From: Squalus acanthias
Taxonomy: Eukaryota
DNA: 64,000 nucleotides
Direction: 5' to 3'
Assembly: GCA_030390025.1 (NCBI GenBank)
Contig: CM059433.1
Span: 20,462,001-20,526,000 of the forward strand
Shown: positions 23,353 to 35,145 of the stretch, one piece after another
Layout: each line of letters opens with the position of its first letter
How positions within the stretch are numbered: position 1 is the first letter of the stretch
Notes under the pieces: model-generated
The model's database searches: none
Seen by the model: the letters and a program-made list of their open reading frames with translations, nothing else
What the model was told of the DNA's origin: nothing
Program-made: the position numbers and the translations under genes

Positions 23353-24097
23353 GGCCCAGAAATTGATCTCGCTCTGTTCCCGCGGGGGTAAGCCTTCCCC
23401 GCGATGTCTCACCTCGCTTATGCTTTTTCTGATCCAGCTCGCACGAACTTGATGTTCCAGACATCAGCTGTGCTGGGCTTGCGTATCCCAGCGGCGTAGT
23501 GAATTCGTGCGAGCTGTGGGATCACGTGACTCAGTTAGAGCCAATGGCAGCACACCATCTTCCATTCATAAGTCTCACAGCATGGCTGTGAGACTTATGA
23601 ATCTTACACCCCCCCCAAAATAACAGCTAAACCTCAATTAAATTTAAAAAAAAAACCATCACATTAATAAAATAAGTATAGTTAATTAAATTAACCATTT
23701 TAAATAAAAAATTAAATTTTTGAAAAAATTTAAAATCTTTTAAAAAGTTATAAAAATAAACTTACCTGTCTTTAAAGTCTATAAAAAAGATATACCTGTA
23801 AAAAAAAATTCAAAAAAATACTTAATTCACTACTTACCTTCTTAAAAGCGGGTCTTACTCCTCCTTTTTACATTTCCAAAATCTTCCCTACTTACCTGCG
23901 CGTCCAAAGCATGAAGTGCACAGCGTGCGCGTAGCCTGTAGCGCGCACGCGATGCACCCAGGCCCCGCCCCCTTTTCGGAAGAGCAATTGCCGATTTTCA
24001 GCGCATGCGCAGGGCATGCAGAAAACCGGCAATTGGAGTGGGAATACGCGAGAGTACGCAGTGCGTACTCTCGCGTCGCGGGATCAATTTTCGGCCC
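23353..24097. mobile_element. MITE family A
   Basis: TIR GGCCCAGAAATTGATC / GATCAATTTTCGGCCC; flanks AAT/ATT. Confidence 0.92.
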
Positions 24098-24227
24098 ATT
24101 CTGTTTCTATCCACTTGGTCCCATTTAAACAGCCCTATCAAATCACCCCAAAATGAAAACAGCCTCACTGTTGAAATACACTTTACATTTTAGCTGCTAC
24201 TTTGATCTTAAACAACTTCAACTTCCT

Positions 24228-24920
24228 GGGGTAGAGTTTCCGCTTTGGGTGCAATTCTGGCGCAAGTTGCGCCCACCATTGTGCCTGTTTTGAAAAGTAT
24301 ATTTTTCCCCGGGTTTCCGCTCATACTCGAATGCAAAATCTGCCATGAACCAGCGCAATCGGGCAGTGTTTTAAAACGTAATTTTTTAAAGAATTTTGCT
24401 TTAAAAAATATACCTTGATATATTTAAGAGTGGTAACTTGGTAAAGTTTGATTAAGACAGCTGAAAATGGGTTTATCACAAAAAATAAGCATTTTAAATT
24501 ACAGTGTCAATCCACCACCTGTGAGTGACCCGATTTTAAATGACTAAATATGACTTTTAAAAAATATATAATACTATTTTCTAGTTAGTTTGGGGTACAG
24601 TAGTCAGTTCCTTAATTCAAAACCTTTCAAAATGTTCCTATTAGTGTCCTTGCGCCCAAAATCCAGCGTAATTTTTGGAGCCTCCTCAAAGGCTTGCAAA
24701 CGAGCGCAATTAACGGAAACTCCCACTGGTGATTAATTCAACCTGGGGCGGGGCCTGCTTCAACCACGATGTTTCTAAAAGTAGCACAAAAAATCGTGGA
24801 AACTCAAGTTGCGCTGAACGTAATTTGCGCTTAAAATTCTGTGATATTTTGCGTCGGTTCCGCCGACCGGGCGAATTGCACCGAAAAAAACTCGCACAAT
24901 CTAGAGGAAACTCCAGGCCC
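24228..24920. mobile_element. Non-autonomous TIR element (family B)
   Basis: GGGGTAGAGTTTCC ... GGAAACTCCAGGCCC; repeated GCGCAA/TTGCGC subterminal motifs; AT-rich core. Confidence 0.7.
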
Positions 24921-25505
24921 CTAGCTTTACATCCTTAAACTTTTCAACACATTCTTGAGCTTTCTAAAACCCTTCATAAAAAGTTTTAAAATTTCTGAAC
25001 ACTATCCAATTTAATTGATCAACCTCTGACCTCAACAACCTTAGCATGTTGCAGACAATCCCACTGCAGATAACTTGACCAATCATGACAAATTCAACAA
25101 CTTAAATCACTTTCAAAGATGCATTCAACTAAACAAACTACATGGAAACAATAATGTCCGGATTTTAATTAGCTTTACAAAACTCACACTTGCTATTCTT
25201 CTATTCCTCTCTCTTTTTCTCCTTGTGTGAAAATCACCAAGAAGGAAAACAGTATCTCAAGGCCTCATTAGCATGTGACCATGGCATATAAATCTCCCAT
25301 TGTCCTTTCAGTGTTGACAGGCCAAAGCTCATCCTGGTACATGTGTAGTGAAGAGAAGCAATACATATGTACATACACAGCGTATACATATGTATTGAAA
25401 GGATTAACACTTAAACTTGAGCACCTCTTAGGGTGTGCCTGTAGTGTGGCTGGTCAGTAAGGCAAGAGATACTGCAATACAATAGCAAGGTACTGCGGAT
25501 GCTGG

Positions 25506-28130
25506 ACATGGCCTTCTTTGATCTCACAAAGGCCTTCGACACTGTCAACCGTGAGGGATTATGGAGTGTCCTCCTCAAATTCGGCTGCCCTCAAAAGTTT
25601 GTCACCATCCTCCGCCTGCTTCACGACGACATGCAAGCCGTGATCCTGACCAACGGTTCCACCACAGACCCAATTCATGTACGGACCGGGGTAAAACAAG
25701 GCTGTGTCGTCGCACCAACGCTCTTCTCGATCTTCCTTGCTGCAATGCTCCATCTCACCCTAAGTAAGCTCCCCGCTGGAGTGGAGCTAATTTACAGAAC
25801 AAACGGGAAACTGTTCAACCTCCGTCACCTCCAGTCCAGATCCAAGGTTGTCCCATCCTCTGTCGTTGAATTACAATATGCTGACGACGCTTGCATCTGC
25901 GCTCACTCAGAGGTCGAACTCCAAACCATCGTCAACACCTTCACTGAAGCGTACGTGAGCATAGGCCTTACACTAAACATCTGTAAGACAAAGGTCCTCT
26001 ACCAACCTGTCCCCACCACACAGTACTGTCCTCCAATTATCAAAATCCACGACAAGGCCTTGGACAACGTGGACCACTTTCCATACCTCGGGAGCCTACT
26101 GTCAACAAGGGCAGACGTCGATGACGAAGTCCAACACCGCCTTCAGTGTACCAGTGCAGCCTTCGGTCGCCTGAGGAAGCGAGTGTTTGAAGACCAGGAC
26201 CTCAGACCCGGCATTAAGCTCATGGTTGACAGAGCAGCACTGATACCCACCCTGCTGTATGCCTCAGAGATATGGACCATGTACAGCAGGCACCTTAAAG
26301 CACTGGAGAGGTACCACCAACGCTGCCTCTGCAAGATCCTGCAAATCCATTGGCAGGATAGGCGCACCAACGTCAGTGTTCTCGCTCAGGCCAACATCCC
26401 CAGCATCGAAGCTTTGACCATGCTCGATCAGCTACGATGGATGGGTCACATCGTCCGCATGCCCAATACGAGACTCCCAAAACAAGCGCTCTACTTGGAG
26501 CTCCGACACGGCAAGAGAGCCCCAGGTGGGTAGAGGGTGGTAGAGAGAAAGCGGGGAATTACAGACCGGTAAGCCTGAAATCGGTAGTGGGGAAAATGCA
26601 AGAGTCCATTATAAAGGATGTAATAGCTGAGCACTTGAAAAACAGTGACAGGATCGGACAAAGTCAACATGGATTTACAAAAGGTAAATCGTGCTTGACT
26701 AATCTACTGGAATTTTTTGAGGATGTAACTGGGAAAATAGATAAGGGAGAACCAGTAGATGTGGTGTATTTGGACTTTCAAAAGGCTTTTGATAAGGTCC
26801 CGCATAAAAGATTAGCGTGTAAAGTTAAGGCACATGGGATTGGGGGCAAGGTATTGACTTGGATAGAGAACTGGTTGGCGGACAGAAAGCAGAGAGTAGG
26901 AATTAATGGGTCTTTTTCCGAGTGGCAGGCAGTGACTAGTGGGGTGCCGCAGGGATCGGTCCTTGGACCTCAGCTATTCACAATATACATTAATGATCTA
27001 GATAAGGGAACTAAATGTAATATCTCCAAGTTTGCAGTTGACACAAAGCTGGGTGGGCGTGTGTGCTGCGAGGAGGATACCGAGAAACTCCAGGATGATT
27101 TGGACAGGTTGGGTGAGTGGGCAGAAGCGTGGCAGATGCAATATAACGTGGATAAATGCGAGGTTATCCACTTTGGTGTCAAAAACAGAAAGGCAGACTA
27201 TTATCTGAATGGCAATAGATTGGGAGAAGGGGAAGTGCAACGAGACCTGGGTGTCCTTGTGCACCAGTCGCTGAAGGTAAGCATGCAGATGCAGCAGGCG
27301 GTGAAGAAGGCAAATGGTATGTTGGCCTTCATAGCAAAAGGGTTTGAGTACAGGAACAGGGATGTCCTGCTGCAGTTGTACAGGGTCTTGGTGAGACCAC
27401 ACCTTGAGTACTGTGTGCAGTTTTGGTCGCCTTATCTGAGGAAGGATGTTCTTGCCATGGAAGGAGTTCAGCGAAGATTCACAAGGCTGATACCTGGGAT
27501 GGCAGGAATGACATATGAGGAGAGATTGGGTCGATTGGGCTGGAGTATCGAAGAATGAGAGAGGATCTCATCGAAACATATAAAATTCTGACAGGTCTGG
27601 ACAAACTAGATGCAGGAAGAATGTTCCCGATGGTCGGAGAGTCCAGAACCAGGGGTCATAATCTAAGGATAAGGGGTAAGCCATTTAGGACAGAAATGAG
27701 GAAGAATTTCTTCACCCAGAGAGTGGTGAACCTGTGGAATTCTTTACCACAGAAGTTATTTGAGGCCAAGTCATTAAATATATTCAAGAATGAGTTAGAT
27801 ATATTTCATAAAGCTAAAGGTATCAAGGGATATGGGGAGAAGGCAGGTACAGGGTACTGAGTTTGGATGATCAGCCATGATCTCATCGAATGGCGGAGCA
27901 GGCTCGAGGGGCCAAATGGCCTACTCCTGCTCCTATCTTCTATGTTTCTATGTTTCTATGCTTCAAGGACACCCTCAAAGCCTCCTTGAAAAAGTGCAAC
28001 ATCCCCACTGACACCTGGGAATCTCTGGCCCAAGACCGCACAAAGTGGAGGAGAAGCATCCGGGAAGGCGCCGAACACCTCGAGCCTCTTCGCCGGGAGC
28101 AAGCGGAAGACAAGCGCAAGCAGCGCAAGG
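25506..28130 (+). mobile_element. RTE-clade LINE fragment (RT domain), split by a CR1 insertion
   Basis: DLTKAFDTV, GVKQGC..APTLF, LQYADD, FPYLGS; continues after the CR1 as FKDTLKASLKKCNIPTDTWE. Confidence 0.92.
26535..27960 (+). mobile_element. 5'-truncated CR1 LINE nested in the RTE
   Basis: [30 protein letters not shown] (FADD mutated), (TTTCTATG) tail. Confidence 0.95.
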
Positions 28131-29170
28131 ATTTTCTAAATGTCCTGCTATCACTTCCTTAATGATGGACTCCAGCATTTTCCCAATGACAGATGTTAGG
28201 CTAACTGGTCGATAGTTGCCTGCTTTCTGTCTCCCTCCTTTATTAAATAGGGGCATTACATTTGCGGTTTTCCAGTCTGCTGGGACCTCTCCAGAATCCA
28301 GGGAATTTTGGTAGATTACAATCAATGCATCCACTATCTCTGCAGCCACCTCTTTTAAGACTCTAGGATGCACGCCATCGGGTCCAGGGACTTGTCCACC
28401 TTTAGTCCCATTAGTTTGCCTCGTACTTTCTCTCTAGTGATAGTGATTGTTTTAAGTTCCCCACCCCCCCCCCCCCACCTCAATAGCCCCTTGATTATCC
28501 ATTATTGGGATGCTTTCAGTGTCTTCTACCGTGAAGACCGATACAAAATATTTGTTCAAGGTCTCCACCATTTCCCTGTTTCCCATTATTAATTCCCCAG
28601 ACTCATCCTCTCGGGGACCAACGTTTACTTTAGCTACTCTCTTCCTTTTTATATACCTGTAGAAGCTCTTACTGTCTGTTTTTATATTTCTTGCCAGCTT
28701 ACTCTCATAAGCTATCTTCTCTCTCTCTATCATTTTTTTAGTCATCCTTTGCTGCTTTTTAAAAAAATTCCCAATCCTCTGGCCTTTCACTATTCTTCGC
28801 AACATTGTATGCTTTTGTTTTCAATTTGATACCATCCTTTACTTCCTTAGTTAGCCACGGATGGTTCATCCTTCTCTGAGAGTCTTTCTTTCTCACTGGA
28901 ATATATCTTTGCTGAGGGTTATGAAACATCTCCTTAAATGTTTGCCACTGCTTTTCTACAGTCTTGCCCTGTAATATATTTTCCCAGTCCACTTTAACCA
29001 AGTCTGCCTTCATACCTTTGTAATTACCTTTGTTTAAGTTCAGGACACTAGTTTGAAACCTAGCTTTCTCACCCTCAAACTGAATTTGAAATTCTACCAT
29101 GCGATGATCACTCTTCCCAAGAGGATCCTTCACTTCGAGATCATTAATGAATCCAGCCTCGTTGCACATT
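28131..29170 (-). mobile_element. CR1 ORF2 internal fragment
   Basis: PLGKSDH, FYRYIKRKR, HPRVLKE, NYRPVSLTSV. Confidence 0.92.
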
Positions 29171-30323
29171 AATATTCAAGCAAGAGACGTTACTAAATAA
29201 GTAGTAATCTGTGCTGCAAGGTATTTACTCCTCAGCCTCCCATGGCGATGTACACTGGGATTCAAGACCAAGTGTAACCTTCAGCTGAAATGGGGTTAGA
29301 GGATAGGGGTTAATTGGATCAATATGAGGGAGGATCAATGGTGTGGTAGGGGGAGGAGAAAGCAGATGGAAAGAGGGGACATCACTGCTAATGCTTTGCT
29401 GATGTTGGCATCTCAGGAAATAAAATTGGACTTTACATTCACAAAAATAATTTTCACAACACTTTTTCTTTGTGCCTCTGTTGCACCCATGATAAGGTTA
29501 AGGAAAAATGTCATTAATCTTCTCTGATAAGTATAACAAGCGGTTTTAGTAAAAATAAATTTGCCACAATCTGGTCTGGCTATATAAGGCCTCGGTGACA
29601 ATAAATGAATATGGTTTCATTTGCGTACCATTGATGGAGAATTTTTTTAATAAACTGGTGTTCAAAACTTACCCACACTCCTTTACTGCAATATAAGTCA
29701 GTGCAATGCTTTGGATGCTTTTACAATTGTAGTCATTGGATTGGATTTAATCAGAAACAGAATAGGATGCTCTTGAACATTTCTCAGACTATGAATGTGA
29801 TGGAGGCTGCGTTAGGCCTAGTGAGAGCCATTGCTCGCCTTGTGATCCTCATTCTTTGGTCCGCAGAATGTAATCATAGCCCTCAAGTCAATCGTATTCA
29901 GGTTGCTCTGATCAGGCTTTCTTCTAATATATACCTTGAAGGCAGGGGTGGAAAGGTGTCTAGATTGTATCGCTGTAGGAAAAAAACCCTGGAATTACTA
30001 GATCCTGCAATGTGATTGAATATAAATTCAGGCCCAACTCTCCTGATTACTTACTAGGTAAGTGCACTAGCTGGTGATGTACTGAGTCATACAGATCAGG
30101 AATGCCATAGGTTCAATTCTTGGTTTACACCAGGCTAACTGACCTTAACAGAAGCTGGAGCAGAGGTACTACAATTGACTTAGGTACCCTAATTAGCCAG
30201 GGTTTACTCTCCAGGTCAATATATTATTGCCTCTATAAGCAAGTACTTCGGCGGATGTTGGTGAAGACAGGATTGGGTGTGGCTGTAATTCCCCATAGGT
30301 TGAATATTCTGCCAACATGCATT

Positions 30324-30645
30324 GGGGTCGATTTTGACGATTTGGAGCACACACGCCGGGCCCCCGTTACCATGGCAACCCCCGCGATTTGTGGCCCCTG
30401 CCTCATTTGAATTTGGCAGGCGAGCTGCTGGGCGCCAAACAGTCATCCTGATGCAGCTCATTGGTTTGAGACCTCAGGATTGGGCTGGGCGGCTGCCAGC
30501 AAGGTAAGGTGCGGGGTGGAGGGTCGTGGAGGGTGTAAGTCTTTCTTTCAAGTCTTTCTTCAACCAGACGGTAAGGCTACCGACCCCATTTTGAGGCCAT
30601 TACTGCCCAAGTTAATGCCAGGCAAAGGCAGTTAAAATTAATCCT
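30324..30645. mobile_element. Short MITE with ATT flanks
   Basis: GGGGTCGATTTTGA ... TTAAAATTAATCCT; ATT on both sides. Confidence 0.55.
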
Positions 30646-30659
30646 ATTGTCACTGCAAT

Positions 30660-31165
30660 AGCCCTTGAGAGGGTGCAGAAGAGATTTACCAGAATGGTTC
30701 CGAGGATGGGGGATCTTAGCTACAAGGACAGGTTGGAGAAGCTGGATTTGTTTTCATTAGAGCAAAGGAGGTTGTGGGGTGATTTGATAGAGGTGTACAA
30801 GATTATGACGGGTTTGGATAGGCTAGACGGGGAAAGGCTATTCCCACTAGTTGATGGTACAAGGACTAGGGGACACAGATTTAAGATTTTGGGCAAGAGA
30901 TACAGGGGGGATGTGAGGAAAACCTTTTTTACGCAACGAGTGGTGAGGACCTGGAACTTGCTGCTGACGGAAGTGGTGGAAGCGGAGACACTCAATGTTT
31001 TCAAGGGGAGACTGGATAGGCACTTGAGGGAAATAAACTTGCAGGGCTACGGGGATAGAGCGGGGGAATGGGACTGACTGGATTGCTCTACAGAGAGCCG
31101 GCACGGACTCAATTGGCTGAATGGCCTCCTTCTGTGCGGTTATAACTCTATGACTTTATGACTAT
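30660..31165 (+). mobile_element. CR1 LINE 3' fragment
   Basis: QKRFTRMVP...LQGYGDRAGEWD plus tail. Confidence 0.93.
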
Positions 31166-31972
31166 GACATGATAAATGGACACTAGACTGAAATACTGGA
31201 GGGGCATTATGCCCCTGGAACTGTATATCAGTGAGGAGTCAATAACCTTCAGGATAGGAAGGAAGAAAAAGACTGAAATTCAGACATTACATCATAAAAT
31301 TGGTGATATTCTTTGTTTACTTCATGAGGCACAACTTTTAATTGGTTGGTGTCACATCAAGTCCAAAACTGAGATGGGTGTGGCATAAGGCAGGTTAATG
31401 ACTTGAATTCGAGGTTTGCTTTGCTGACTGTGCAAGTTTATTGAATACCTTAATAAACTCAATAACTGATGAATCCATTTGATGAGGTGGAGGACTAAGT
31501 GAGGGGAGCAATGACTTTTATTTTACGAATCAAATAATTGGTGCTTCAGAAACTTCTGGCCAGCTCGCTCAAACAAACCATCGAATAGGTGAAAACAGTA
31601 TCTGACTGCCTCCCCTTCAGCCTTGAAATATGATTAAAGCTATCTCTGATCCTCTGCAGACACCACAGACTATATTCAAACATAATACTGTTTGACTCTC
31701 CAGTCTGTCCAGCATGTGTATTTCCAAAGAGAATAAGCCCAAGTAAAATGGACCAGACCTGTAAGGAGACACTGCACAGATTCTGTACAGCCACAGTTTT
31801 AATGTAATGCTTCCAATTTTATTAATGTATCGACAAGTCCCATCATCAAAGTGTATGTTTACTCTGTGGACATTGTATAAGCTGATTCATAAAATTTAAT
31901 GCTGCCACTTATTCATGAATTATATTTTAAACTGTTGAGTTGGTAGCACTGGATTTCATGAATGAAAACGTT

Positions 31973-32820
31973 GGCCCGAATATTGCAGTCAGTGGCAAAA
32001 GGCCTTAGTTTTTCAAGGCCAGAGAGGTTGTTTAGCAGTAATTATGACTTAGTACACCGTTAAAAACTCAGTTACACCTCGTTTAACAAGGCTTCACATT
32101 TTCATTGGTATTTACAGCGAGAATAGTGCATAAAAAGCTGAAGTTCACATCAATTCACTGATTCTGTTTTGATTGCATCTGCGAAGACTGCAACAGCGCA
32201 CCCTATGTCAGCTGTGGCTCAGTTGGTAGCACCCTCGCCTCTGAGTCACAAGGTTGTGGGTTCAGGTCCCACTCGACTTGAGCGCAAAAATCTAGACTGA
32301 CACTCCAGTGCACTACTGAGGGAGTTTTGCACTGTTGGAGGAGCCGTCTTTTGGATGAGATGTTAAACCGAGGCCCCATCTGCTCCCTCAGGTGGACATA
32401 AAAGATCCCATGGCACTATTTTGAAGAAGAGCAGGGGAGTTATCCCTGATGTCTTGGTCAATATTTATCCCTCAATCAACATCACTAAAACAGATTATCT
32501 GGTCATTATCACATTGCTGTTTGTGGAAGCTTGTTGTGTGCTAATGGGCTGCCACGTTTCCTACATTACAACAGTGACTACACTTCAAAAAAGGACTTCA
32601 TTGGCTGTAAAGTGCTTTAAGACGTCCGGTGGTCGTGAAAGATGCTATATAAATGCAAGTCTTTCTTTTCTGTGGAGGAGCAGGGTATCATTGACAGCAA
32701 CTTCTGGATTTCCGTATTAAACTGCGCATGTGCAGACGCCAGATGTTGCTGTCAGTTTCACACAGTAATGACGACGAGCGCTGAAAGTTTCACTGTCATT
32801 ACCACCGCAAATTTCGGGCC
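31973..32820. mobile_element. MITE interrupted by a Deu-SINE
   Basis: TIR GGCCCGAATATTGC / GCAAATTTCGGGCC. Confidence 0.7.
32205..32670 (+). mobile_element. Full-length Deu-domain SINE
   Basis: tRNA head TGGCTCAGTTGGTAG / GGTTCAGGTCCC, Deu core, tail TATATAAATGCAAG. Confidence 0.9.
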
Positions 32821-33589
32821 ATTATGTACACAGTGTCCTAGGAGTAAACGCACACCGCATTTTAATAACTGCACAAGGAGTTTGGAAAGAAATTGAAATG
32901 ATTACATTGGAGCTGTGGCTCAGCTCAGTGTCGGAAAGTGACTTGATTGCAGTGAAATAGTTTTTAATGCTGCTTCAGAACAGCCTTTGAACCCCAATTA
33001 CAATGTAATATTCTTGCTGGCCTGATCCCAAATAACCGGTTACTACCTATTGCAAACGTGGGCCATGGATTTATCATGTCTTTTTACACAAACCACCAGT
33101 AAAAGCTGTTTACTTATGTTTGCGCTTTCAGAAAATGGTAAGTTAAAATGTCTCTTCTCCTGTAAGGTGGTCTCTGAAGTTCTCTGGCAGGGTGAGATCA
33201 AATGTGCAGATGTCTGTTTATCTGAATCGATCTTGTGATACGGAATTGTTGATTGGAGCTGTGAATTCCTGAGCATTGCAGTGCTGTGGGAGCGTTAACC
33301 CACAGGGAATTGAATGAGCACTCCGCAACATGGGTAATAATGAAGTGTTAACTGGAGCCTTCAGTAGGGAAAGCATTGCTTTTCAATGTGACAAGCGTTT
33401 CAAATATTTTATGAGGATTTATTTCTTCTCATTACCATTTGCATCAGTTCGGTTTCCTAATGCCCTGGAGTAGTTTTAACACTGGAGTTTAACACTCAGA
33501 CAACACAGCAGACAACTGTAGCAAATTAGATGGTTGTGTTTTACTGACGCAATCAGGGTAATCTTATTTAATGATTATTGTTCTATGCC

Positions 33590-35145
33590 GAAGGACAGCA
33601 TGCAGATGAGAAATAGGAAGTGGCCAAGGATAGACCCTTGGGGGACTCCAGAATTAATGGTGCGGGGTGAAAACAGAAACCATTGCAGGAGATTCTTTGG
33701 CTATGAATCGATAGTTAAGAGTGGAAACAGGCGAGGACAGTCCCACTCAGCTGGACAATGGAGGAGAGGTGCTGGAGGAAGATGGTGTGGTCAACCGTGT
33801 CAAAGGCTGCAGACAGGGCAAGAAGGATGGGAAGGGATAATGCTCCACAGTCACAGTCACATCGGAAGTCATTTGTGACTTTGATTAGAGCCATTTGAGT
33901 TCCGTGGCTGGGGTGGATACCTGATTGGAGAGGTTCAAAAAAGGGAGTTTCGGGAGATATGAGCATGGATTTGAGAGACAGCAACACACTTTAGGACTTT
34001 GGAGAGGAAAGGAAGTTTGGAGATGGGGCGGTAGTTTGTAAGTACAGAGGGGTCAAGGTGGGTTTTTTGAGGAGGGGTTGATGATGGAAGATTTGAAAGA
34101 GAGGAGAACAGTCCCTGAGGAGAGGGAACTGTTTACAATATCAGCTAATGTGGGGGCTAGGACGGGAAGTTGTGTGATCAGCAGTTTGGCAGGAATAGGC
34201 TCAAAAGAGCAGGAGACGATTCTCATCAACACGATGAGCTCGGAGAGGGCATGAGGGGAGCTAGAAGAGAAACTAGAAAAAGATGCCAGTTTGGAGCTAG
34301 GGCAGGGGGAAACCTTGGGTTGATGGGCTAGGGGAAGAGAGGGAAGTGGCAGAGGCAGCTGAATGGATGGTCTCAATCTTAGTGCCAAATAAGCCCATGA
34401 GCTCCTTGCACTTGTTGTTGGAGGTGAGAGTGGAGCGGGTTTGGGAAAGTGGTGTAAGGAATCGGAGTGGAGAAAAGAAGCCAGGATTATCTTTACATTC
34501 CAGGCTGATCCTGGAGTAGTGAGCAGTTTTGGCAGAGGAGAGCTGGGCCTGATTGTGTTTAATGTGGTCACGCCAAATCTGGCGATAAATGGCTAAACCA
34601 GTTGTGCACAATAAGTGTGCGTCCCTTGGAGATAATGGAGTGAAGATGGGGGCAATACCAAGGGGAACAACCAGGGTGGGAGAGAGCAAGGGTTTTGCTG
34701 GGAACAAGAGCAACAAAGGTGAAGGTGAGGGAGTGGATGAGCTGAAGTATCATGGCGAATGGAGGGCCAAAGAATAGACAGTTGGGAGTTTGAAAGTGCC
34801 TTGGGGGAGAATTTTTTTCAGGGGTGGATGAAGAACGTGGGGTTGAAAGGGAGAAGGTGGATATGAGTGGAGAGGGATGCGAGGAACTGATCAGAGTTGA
34901 CGTTGTCTGTAATTGAGATGATGGGAATAGAGAACCCATGTGAGATGGCAAGGTGGATGGGTGGCTGTGAACGTAGGTCAGGGAATTTATATGGGGGGAG
35001 AGGTTAAAGTAGGACAGGAAGGCAGTGAACTTAGCAGGGTGAGGGCAGGGGTGAATTGAGTTGGAGGTTTAAATCATCAAGGGTGAGAAGTCACTCAGTG
35101 CAGAGGCTGAGGGTGGAAAGGAGTGAGCATATCTCAGTGAGGTTT
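33590..35145 (-). mobile_element. L2-clade LINE fragment (endonuclease to RT), decayed
   Basis: ALIKVTND, LLALSAAFDTVDH, LADIVNSSLSSG. Confidence 0.85.

Noticed and set aside
25360..25396. ATACATATGTA inverted repeat
   Set aside because: Low-complexity (TA/CA) sequence; expected by chance
32205..32280. tRNA gene
   Set aside because: A/B boxes belong to a SINE head; no cloverleaf
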